Source of the DNA: Antedon mediterranea
Taxonomy: Eukaryota > Animalia > Echinodermata
Reading direction: 5' to 3'
DNA: 64,000 bases
NCBI RefSeq assembly: GCF_964355755.1
Contig: NC_092675.1
Location: 863,812-927,811, forward strand
The first letter of the stretch is position 1. Every line of letters starts with the position of its first letter. The notes beneath the pieces were generated by a model, which was not told the origin of the DNA, did no database searches, and worked only from the letters and a program-made list of their open reading frames with translations. The position numbers and the translations under genes were made by a program. Positions 53,901-64,000 of this stretch are shown one piece after another.

Positions 53901-54804
53901 CTGTATACATCATTATGATTTATATTTCCAGAGGGAAGAATGACTTTACTGAAACAATGATTTTGTTGGTGAACAGTAATTTTTTTTCTGTTGTCATGAT
54001 TGTGACGTTATCACACCGAAGCAATCATATCATCACATTCATACTGAGCTAATTGTAGTAGTATTGGTAAACATTAGTTTGGTGGCCCATTATCAGACCG
54101 AGTTGGATGCAAATTGTATTTATTAATCAGAGAGTTTGTAAGATGGATGTATCTTTTGTTGGTGTTTAAATCTGCTACAGTCAGTCAGTCATTCTTTAAT
54201 TATATATTCATGGCTTTATTGTTCAGTTGTGTTAGTAACTAGATGATACTTCGACTGTTCCATTTTTACATAAGGGATTTTCTCATTTTCACCAACAATA
54301 AAGAAAATAACCATCTTTGTAACTCTTACTCATTTAATATATGATATTAAGTATTTGACAGGTTATTAGAATAACTGATCATAAAGTATTTTTACCAGTT
54401 TTGTTTAATATTTGTGGAACTATTTTTATTTTTATTTATTATAACGGCATGCTAGTTGTGCTAGAATACAGTCTATTAAAGGTCAAATAATGGTAGAATC
54501 CAAGTCTGCAACAAAAGTGGATTTTTTTCAGCTGTGTATAGTGGGATTCTATTTAACTATAGATTTTCACAGTGATCTGTTCAATTTCTCTACTTAATTT
54601 ATCCATAATCTAAGGTATTCTTTGTCGTCTAAGACGCCGCACTCAGTAATTAGCAGATAATTAAGCCAGAGAACAGCAACTGTTCAATATTCACCATGGA
54701 GGGGTAAGATGTCTTTTTGTTTACATTCTCAGTTATGCATTTTATTCAAAGAAATCTTTAAGAATATTGTACTATTATTAGTAGTGATTGATGGATGTTT
54801 GATT

Positions 54805-55100
54805 GGTGTCCTCCTTTGGGACATCTCTATTAAGGGGACACTTTCCCATGAGACAAAAGAGAGGCAATAGATGTTTGAACAATATGGCCAACCTCTATTA
54901 AGGGGTCACCCCTATAACAGGCAAACCAGGGCCATAGCCACCAGTATGGTTGGTAAGGTTTCACTTTCTCACAGAGGCTTTTGACAACCCAGTGGCTTGA
55001 GAAGAGATTGTTTCCTTTTCTTGCGAAAACCACACCACCGCATTTCTCGTGGCTATATCACTGCATACTTTCAAGTTGTCCTCTTAATAGGGGTTCGTAC
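54805..55100. mobile_element. pogo-like MITE remnant with a possible nested insertion at 54927-55063
   Basis: Repeated ctctattaagggg(a/t)cac motifs and a terminal gtcctcttaataggggttc; related fragments at about 53540-53577 and 60295-60363. Insert bounded by CAGGGCCATAGCCA / TGGCTATATCACTG. Confidence 0.45.
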
Positions 55101-56000
55101 TATAAAACACTAATGTACCTTTTAATGTTTAAGGATAACACACGCTATAATGTTGAGATATTATTCCTAGTCCACAATACGTTTGTGGTCCCTGTATCTA
55201 CAGTATCATTCTCCATCTCTTTAAGAATTTCCCTCTTTAACAACTGGTTGATCATGTTCAGACTCGTCATGCTTGGTAATAATAAACCACAATTTAATTG
55301 ATAAAGTTCAGATAAATTTAATTTAACAGCCATACATACATAGTTGTTTTGTAATATACATATCTGTTCATTAGTCAACGTAAAAATCATTGAAACGTCA
55401 CAAAGTAGTCGTTTGTTAATAAGTCTCCTGCTTGCTAAGATCTTCAGATACCAGCGCTACAGATTTTTACCTTAATTCTCGCCTTGAAAAAAGAAAAATA
55501 TGTACTGTACACTACCTTTAAGAGTCTAATCATACCCTATGACTTTGTGTTTTCTTAATGATGTGATAGGCGTAGAGGGTGGTATGATCGAGGGATGGCT
55601 GTTAAAATCATGGTGCATGATGTTAGAAGGATTCTTCTAACCTCTGCACACTGTTGAAGATGTTGCTAATCATTATATTCAACACTACAATACATTACGA
55701 GTGTAAAGTCCTCTAGTACAGTCAATAATTATCTCAAATTGATTATGAACTTGCCATCACCATATTTAAAAAAAATGTCTTTGATGTTTTCGAATATTTG
55801 TTTATTATCTGTCTAAAGGCCCGATACCATCATGTGATGAGGAAAACAAATACAGAATTTTAATTTTAAACTCATGAGAAAAAGAGACCAAACCTGACAA
55901 CAGGTGCAAATTTACTGGGCTTGATGCAAAGTGTACAAATAGATGAGAATTCACTGAACAAGTTCTGTTGCTATATAACAAATTGGTCTAATTGGTGGTT

Positions 56001-56019
56001 GGGGGGGGGGGGGGGGGGG
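56001..56019 (+). repeat. G19 homopolymer
   Basis: 19 consecutive G in an AT-rich context. Confidence 0.9.
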
Positions 56020-57013
56020 TGAATAGTAAAAAATACAAAATTAAAAATTAAGGATTTTATTCTTTTCTTTATTTTGAAAAATCATTTGTTCGATACAATG
56101 TAGTTTTATCAGTTTATCCTTACAAATATTTAATAGTTTTATCATTTAACTTATTGTAATGATTTGTTAATGATGTGTCAGTTCTAAAAACGATGACATG
56201 ATACATAACTAGAAAAACTGTGGTCTACCTGTTTAATTCATCTATGATTAGTTCATCTTTCTCACCACCAAATTTATAAAAAAATTGTGTTCTTGATATT
56301 TTACATGAAATTTTATTCAGTATTATAAAATATGAAACCAATGTAAATTAATAAAGTGTATCGCTATGCTATATTATAAGTTCTATATTAATAACCATCT
56401 TTTGATGAAAATAAGCAATTGTAATTGACTATTCAATGTAGCTGCACTATCAAATGTGATAGTTCTTTGTATGCACTAGTGCTAGGATAATATTGACATT
56501 GACAAGAGCACAAAATGATAGCAATCAAAGAACAGGCGTTTCTATTGTATATGAGCATTATCATTGTTATTTATTAACAGTATAATGTTATCATTGACGT
56601 CGCCTAATCGTTGCCATTTACACATTCTTTATTAAAGTCGGATGCAAATAGTAGATCAAATTAATTTATATAAATGTATGAGAATTTCACCATGTGTTTT
56701 CTGTATGGATTGTTACAATCATAGTGAACAATTTTGAATTTTAAGTTTTAGAAATAATAATAAGTATGTTTTCACCTTTTATACCTGCTTATTTTTAGAA
56801 TACTTTTTATACTAATGGTATATGCCATATTACTACCTGTAATACTAAATATTACTTTATTTGAAAACATTTACAGGTATAGTACAAGCTAAACTTCCTG
56901 TTGGTTAAGATAATTATTTAATTTCGAAACAATAATGATGAAGTGAGAATAAGAAAAAGCCGCCCTCTGCCCTAAACTAACTGACATTCAAACTCAAACC
57001 TTCTGCCAGATAT

Positions 57014-57582
57014 ATTAAAATACCCCTCCCTTTGTTTTGGATATCCCTATTAATTAAAATACCCCTCCCTTTGTTTTGGATCCCTATTAATTAAAATACC
57101 CCTCCCTTTGTTTTGGATCCCTATTAATTAAAATACCCCTCCCTTTGTTTTGGATCCCTATTAATTAAAATACCCCTCCCTTTGTTTTGGATCCCTATTA
57201 ATTAAAATACCCCTCCCTTTGTTTTGGATCCCTATTAATTAAAATACCCCTCCCTTTGTTTTGGATCCCTATTAATTAAAATACCCCTCCCTTTGTTTTG
57301 GATCCCTATTAACTATTATTATCACTATCTTTATTATTATATCATCAATATTAACTATTATTATCACTATCTTTTGCACTTTTAAAGACTATTTTCACCA
57401 ATATAATTGCTGCCAAATAAAACACATTAATTAAAATACCCCTCCCTTTGTTTTGGATCCCTATTAACTATTATTATCACTATCTTTATTATTATATCAT
57501 CAATATTAACTATTATTATCACTATCTTTTGCACTTTTAAAGACTATTTTCACCAATATAATTGCTGCCAAATAAAACACAT
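57014..57582. repeat. 37-bp minisatellite (8 copies) plus an adjoining 155-bp tandem duplication carrying a ninth unit
   Basis: Unit attaaaatacccctccctttgttttggatccctatta; tacccc at 57021, 57060, 57097, 57134, 57171, 57208, 57245, 57282, then 57437 (155 bp later, flank duplicated). Confidence 0.96.
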
Positions 57583-58174
57583 ATTGTATGGTTTTATTTG
57601 TTTTTAAAGAGCTTATGACCGATTTTTTATACACTTTACATTGATATGGTTGACAAATCTTTTGTAGGATAATTTGAGTTTTATTGAATTTAATAGCTAC
57701 TAAATAGCCTCAATTAAATAGTATCAAAATTGTGACACCATTGTATAAAACAATTTTAATAAACTGTAGTGACAATATTGTATTGAACTGAATATGGATA
57801 ACCCCATGCTAATAAAAACAGCATTAGTCCGCCGCCGGACATTATTTACTTTCGCGGTTTACAACCATTTGAACTTTGGAATCAAATAATGCTATGGGTG
57901 TTGGTAAATTAATTGAATTGAAAATGTTGGCATATTGGCGAGATTGATTTTAAGGTGAAGTGTCAATTTTCTAACAAAATTAATAATATCAAAGCAATTT
58001 TTAAATGATTTAAATTAGTAGATCATATTGTGTATATGTAGACAAGATTGGACTATCAACAAATATTACGGGGGAGATGGAAAGATTTTTAAAATAACTG
58101 TCTACTATTAAACGTGCAAGAATGGTTGAGAAAATATAATATCTTAAAATAATCTATGTTAGGATTTTACTATA

Positions 58175-58450
58175 CTGTAAAACCAGAAACGTTTGCGAGT
58201 GAATGAAATGTGCGAAAAAGTAGATGGTTGATGCAATCTTGTTATTAATCTTATTACAATGCATTACTGTATTTACAAAGTACATGCACTGTAACACAAA
58301 GGTCGCGCCTATGATGGCCGTATTGACATGTCTTGTTATAGTATTTAATTTTGCTTGATTTTTTTTAAATCTGCGAAAGTTTTGTCGCGAAAATGGCCGA
58401 TGTAACCAATTCAAGAAAGTTTCATGTCTCGAAAGTTTATAGTTTTACAA
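58175..58450. mobile_element. Degenerate TA-flanked MITE (Tc1/mariner-type)
   Basis: TA-CTGTAAAACCAGAAACGTTTGCGAG ... CTCGAAAGTTTATAGTTTTACAA-TA imperfect TIRs; internal gcgaaa repeats. Confidence 0.6.
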
Positions 58451-59548
58451 TATTATAACATACCTGATTATATTCTTGCAATTTGATTGGTTAATTATGT
58501 ATCGCGTGCCAGTCGGTATTAGTCCTTCTACCAGAAAAGTGATCTAATGATGATAGTTTATGGGTTCCATTTTCCACATTTTGAGATTTTTTCCCATTCG
58601 ACGTTGTTTACAGTAACTGCTCCGTGTTGGAAAATCAACCTGTCGTGCATGCAAAGTTGGAGAACTACTTTTTTTAATGACCTACTTCCCGGTCTGATTT
58701 ACGAAGGATACATTTGAATAAAAGTTTATTTTAGAACAGTAGGTGTAAATACAGTACAACAAGTAATTAATGTTTTGCATTAAATAAAAAATTGTTCTAT
58801 TTAAGTCGGCTCGTTAAATAAAGCAGTCAACTTTCAACTAATGAAATATTCTCACCATTAAACGCATAAAACATTTGTTATTTGTATATTTAATCTTTCT
58901 GACTTTGCCTAGCATGACTGTATGTTAGATTATAATGTATATATACCTTATCTCAATTATTATTACATAAATGTTTAAAATAATGGCATCTTGAAAACCC
59001 ATATTTGTCTATTGATTATTTAAGCCTACAGTATTTTATTTTATTGTTGTCCCTATACAGCAGTCATGACCATGTTATTTAGTAATTTTTTTTATATTTT
59101 TCTTTTGCGCTTTTCTTTTAAATTCCACTTTGATAGAAAACAAAATCAAATATAATTATTCGTATTTTAAAACAATTGAATTGTATTAATATATCCATTC
59201 TCTGATAAGCATCAGCATCTTTAAAATTCAACATGCCAAATATTGATTTTATAACTATTAAAGCTAGAGCAAGTTTATTTAATATATGCAACTGATTAAA
59301 TGATGCTGTTAGGTTATGTAAATCCAGTTTTCCTTCTTCAATTATCCATAATGAGATGTAGTGGTACTAGTAATGTTATGCTCTAATTAGGTATCTCAAT
59401 ATCAGTGTATTCAAGAATGCTAATGATCTCACCAACAGTTGAGTAGTGTGAAGCTTTTTTTGATTGGCAGATTGAAGATAAATCTTATAATTTATTGGTT
59501 TTCCATTTAGATAATAATGGTTTTAATTTCACCATGTCATATACAGAA

Positions 59549-59633
59549 AATAATAATAATAATATCCTGGATTTATATAGCACCTATTAAAATGTTGTAA
59601 AACCTCTAAGCGTTGAACATTATTACCCCAGTC
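59549..59633 (-). mobile_element. 3' tail of an L2-type LINE/SINE
   Basis: Minus strand reads ...aacgcttagag...gtgctatataaatccaggat(att)n, resembling the AAGCGC...GCGCTATATAAAT plus short-repeat ends of L2-related elements. Confidence 0.55.
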
Positions 59634-60038
59634 ATTATTGTCATAATCATAAGATAGTAATATCCCAGTCATTGTCATAATCATAAGATAGTAATATCCC
59701 AGTCATTGTCATAATCATAAGATAGTAATATCCCAGTCATTGTCATAATCATAAGATAGTAATATCCCAGTCATTGTCATAATCATAAGATAGTAATATC
59801 CCAGTCATTGTCATAATCATAAGATAGTAATATCCCAGTCATTGTCATAATCATAAGATAGTAATATCCCAGTCATTGTCATAATCATAAGATAGTAATA
59901 TCCCAGTCATTGTCATAATCATAAGATAGTAACATCCCAGTCATTGTCATAATCATAAGATAGTAATATCCCAGTCATTGTCTTAATCATAAGATAGTAA
60001 TATCCAGTCATTGTCATAATCATAAGATAGTAATATCA
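59627..60038. repeat. 34-bp minisatellite, ~12 copies
   Basis: (cccagtcattgtcataatcataagatagtaatat)n, period 34 (59664, 59698, ...). Confidence 0.97.
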
Positions 60039-60074
60039 GTTTTGTTTGTATCCATGTGAACAGTAGTTAATTTT

Positions 60075-60270
60075 ATCATGATCATTAATCATTATTATCA
60101 TCATCAATGATTATTATCATCATCAATGATTATTATGATCATCAATGATTATTATGATGTATATTATATTATTATCATTAACTGATGATGATCAATGAGA
60201 CGTGTTTGTATGCAAGTGTACAGCCAATAAACTATATAAAATATATATCATTATATAATCATTATCATCA
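60075..60270. repeat. Degenerate ATC/ATT low-complexity repeat
   Basis: atcatcaatgattatt repeated in tandem at about 60097-60157 within an (ATC/ATT)-rich tract. Confidence 0.75.
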
Positions 60271-62755
60271 TTTAATTAACGATGTACTACAGTATACAAC
60301 TTCTATTAAATGAACACCTTTGTGACTCCCAACAAAGTTCCCCCTTAAAAAGAGTGGTCCCTGTTGGGGCTTTGGGTATAATATAAACATAATTTAAATT
60401 ATTAAACCTCAATTAACTAAACAAGAAAATTAATTGCATTAGAATATATGTATTCAATTGTCTTTTTTGGTTTATACAATAGAATCAATCTTGAAAGAGC
60501 TTACGTTGTGATGTACAACTTTTGTTGTCTAGACAGTTAGATTTTTTTGCGTTATTGTTCTGTATTGCTCAATCAAGCAGAATATATTCTGTATTATTAG
60601 TGTTATGGTATTATTACAAAGAGGTGATGCAGTAACATTTTGTTTGAACTTGGAATTAATTTATTTATTGGAAAGATTTTAACCAACCATAACTGTACCA
60701 AAATCCCAAATGGTCTTAAATCGTAGGATGTCAAGCAAAACATTCAGAGTTTGAATTGAGTGATTGTTAATTTATTTTAAACTTTTTGTTTATGTCAATA
60801 CATCTTTAATGTTTATGTCAATACATCTTTAAATGTACAGTAATGCGTGTTATAATATTTCTACTCACTGTAACTCCCAAAAATTCCCCCATTTCTTTTT
60901 TATAGTTGGTTGATATATTGCAATAGCACGCATTTTTAGCTTTACAAAAAAAAGGTTTAATGCAAGGCTATAGTCAATTTGAGATGTGGTTTATTATCTC
61001 AATGTTAGATATTTAAACTTTAAATGAATGTAGTTTATCGAAGACATGATCGCTCGACACTAAATGAATTCCTTGCATGAACCAGAGTAGACTTGAAATA
61101 CTTTACAATATTGCAAGAGGCTCAAAGGTGGAAAGTTTATAATACCAATTAACATTTTCACGATTCTTAAGATGCGATGGAAAATTGCTGATCTTGTTAT
61201 TCATGCTGGAGACGTAGCCATATATCCTGCGGTAATATAATTGAAAGGTACAGCACTAAATTTCTTCATTCCTTAATCTTGATAAATGATGCGAGAAAAT
61301 TTACCTCTCTGTACAATAAATACAATGCACAATTTCTTTATTTATCTCACTAAATGATGATTAAAAGAATCTTCCATCAGATCTGCATGATTGTGTTAGT
61401 AAATGGCAACTGAACTTTATTATTTTAATATTTGATGGGTAAAATAGCAAATAGGCGCCCTAGTAAAAAAAATTATGTCTCACAACTTTTATTCAAGATT
61501 CAAGACATTTTATTGGAAAATCATTTTGATTGGCATAATTAAGACAATAAACCAACAAAGAAAAATACATCAAATTGCAAAAGGCAAAGTTAAAATACTA
61601 TTGATGATGAGGAAGGAAACTTATCTTCTTTTTTTTTGCACATTTACCCCTAATTTGTAACCAATTATGCCTTTTTGTTACAATCACTAATATACTGTTG
61701 ATTTACATTTTATTATTTCAAAATCTTTTAATTAACACTCTACGTAACAGAGTTGGCTGTAAGTGATATAATGAGTGTACTACTAGTAGTAGATGTATCA
61801 CCATAACATGACATCTTTTCTCCCATGTATTCATAGTCATTTATCCCAGCAGGTGGTGGGGACCATCTTTAGTGCTTGATTGCAACACGTTGCAGTGTAA
61901 TTTTCATCAATTAGGCAATACATTAAGATACTTACAGCGAAGAAAACAATACCTAACAGAGATATTAAAGCTACAATAAAAGAAGAGTTGAAATATGTAT
62001 GAAGTATGTCAAATAATTATTCATCACTGTTGTATTGCTTTTTAACAGCTTAAGGCAGCTTGTAACCTTTTGACATTGAGACTACCCTTATAAACTATCC
62101 TTATGAACATCCAATGAATACAGCTTTACTAACAGTTTACCTGGTTAATACTAATAAGTAGCATATGTTTAATGATCAACCACATCCTATGGCTCTGTTG
62201 TCATTCTACCTTCATTACTGTATTTAACAACCTTTTAATTTAGTGTGGTTCTGCTGAATAACAGTATACACCAACAAATGTTATTTTTCTGTTATACTTT
62301 ACTTACTTAGTCCAGGACATGCCCAAACTTATATCACTAGATTCCTCAATAATTTCCCATATGCCATTGTGACAGCCAGTTCTTCTCTCTGCATACCATT
62401 ACCAGGTTCCATCTCTAGTACATCGATGTATGTTTTGTGTTATATTTTACTCAAAAAACTCCAGTATCCATTTTTTCTTGTAGATCAAAAATCAAAAAGT
62501 TTAACTACCACTTTAAAAAAAAATATTTTAACGTATATGGGCCAATAGGTCCTCGGTAAATCAAATGGAGCTGGCCAGTTGCACCGGTTCTTCCTCAGGT
62601 TTTGAAAATTGCAATGCAGAAGAAAGGAAATTTTGGAGCCCTCTATTTCAAAATCCTGGACCAGTTCTGAGTTATTTGGCATAAGTTAATGTCTTGGATT
62701 CTTTTTAATTATTTGACAATTCTAAATGTGGTTCACCGTATTCCATCGAAACTAA

Positions 62756-62911
62756 AACTCTGTCTACACTATCAAACTAGTTTGACAGAAAAAGTGTGTA
62801 TGGTAGTGATATGCCCAAATATGGTAGTGATGTATGACATCATCATGTCCATATGGGCACATCACATTTTTTTTTTGTTACATAAAGATTGATGATAGTG
62901 TAGACAGAGCT
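62756..62911. mobile_element. Third copy of the same MITE, opposite orientation to copy 1
   Basis: ctctgtctacactatcaaactagtttgac...atgacatcatcatgtccatatgggcacatcac...gatagtgtagacagagct. Confidence 0.88.
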
Positions 62912-63805
62912 TATAGCAGTACAGTACGCATATAAATCAGTTTTTTATTTGTTGGGACTTTTGTTTTAGTTTTCGTTTCATTGGAGATGTAGAAATTGAA
63001 ACTCAATTTTTGTTTTCAATGCTGAAATTAAAGGGTAATTTTTAAATCCAATTGAACTCTCACTATCAACATTGTATGCTTGATTCGCACTAATTCTTGA
63101 TGTATGAATGCTACACCCTTATCTATTTAATTGCTTTAAATCTTCAAAAGCGGGGGCCCTTACAAGAGATACTTCTTTATTAATGATTTTCTCTAAACCG
63201 CTAAATGGTAATATTTTAATATATGAAGTGTGGTTATAACAAGTACATAAATTCTTAGTATTTAGTCCTGTTACTTTAAAGTCATTTCCTTTTCCTTTTT
63301 ATTCAGTATCTCATGAATATTGATGAGTGTTTATTTATTCAAAGCTTACATGGTTCACAGAGAAGTAGTTCAAAAAGATAAAAATACTTAACCTCTATGA
63401 AAATTGATTTTATTTTTTGAATAAAAAAAATTTCTTAAAAAGTGTAAGTTCAGATAGTTCTTTTGTTTTTGAATAATTATGCATAATACAATATTGATTT
63501 TTCATGTATTATTTACAAGAAACTTAAAATATAGTTACTAAATATAGTACTATACCATTTTCCCAATTGTTCAGTGACATATTTTCTTTAGTTTGATATT
63601 CAACGTAGATTTATGCATGTTATGTTTTGAGTTGTTTTTTTATTTATGGATATGATTGAAACTGTATTTTAAGTAGGCCTGTAGTAAATGCTTGAATAAA
63701 AAAATCAAACTTGGTGCTTTAGAGATTGGTCCCTACTACTAGGGAGTAGGGAGAAAAGCATTCTATTTGTGATAGTACAACTATTATGTGCACTATTGTG
63801 AATAA

Positions 63806-64000
63806 GGGCCTGTTTCTGCTGCAACTGCTCAAAATACGGTATAAAAATACGGTATAAAATACGGTATTTTTTATACCGTATTTTTTAGTACCCCGTTTCT
63901 GCTAACAATACTTCTTGGGTGGTCGTGTTAAATTTCATCTTTTTTACCCAAATTGCCATTCATTTATTTGGTCGATAATTAAAAGTCGCAATAAAGGAAG
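63806..64000. mobile_element. End of a third Harbinger-like element, running off the window
   Basis: TAA followed by GGGCCTGTTTCTGCTG, the same TIR; tandem AAAATACGGTAT repeats and an inverted ATACCGTATTTT. Confidence 0.75.

Noticed and set aside
33071-60038. CRISPR-like arrays among the 26-37-bp repeats
   Set aside because: Units are head-to-tail with no unique spacers, there are no cas genes, and the context is a spliced eukaryotic gene.
265-62892. Supplied six-frame ORFs other than 36640..36870
   Set aside because: Short, low-complexity translations of AT-rich DNA, several starting at non-ATG codons or lying within SINEs, MITEs or tandem repeats; no recognisable domain.

Overview
AT-rich, intron-dominated animal genomic DNA, probably a marine invertebrate (inferred from its SINE and MITE families; the species cannot be determined from the sequence). 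The only protein-coding signal I can support is the first three coding exons (34802-34867, 36670-36783, 37104-37209, + strand) of a ZMIZ1/ZMIZ2-family gene. They splice in frame to MIRPPMDRHIQQTNNRLLCIKE|[38 protein letters not shown]|[35 protein letters not shown]. The first coding exon has an upstream splice acceptor and no fourth coding exon is recognisable, so most of the window is probably 5'-UTR introns plus one intron of more than 26 kb. These regions hold tRNA-derived SINEs (including Nin/Deu-domain SINEs), several MITE families (PIF/Harbinger-like, Tc1/mariner-pogo-like, TTAA-flanked) and many minisatellites. All other supplied ORFs look spurious. I found no evidence for a wholly new multi-gene system. 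The most unusual observations are three related Harbinger-like MITEs that each carry a different homogenised subterminal motif, modular SINE chimeras, an out-of-frame uORF overlapping the ZMIZ start codons, and minisatellites seeded from mobile-element sequence.
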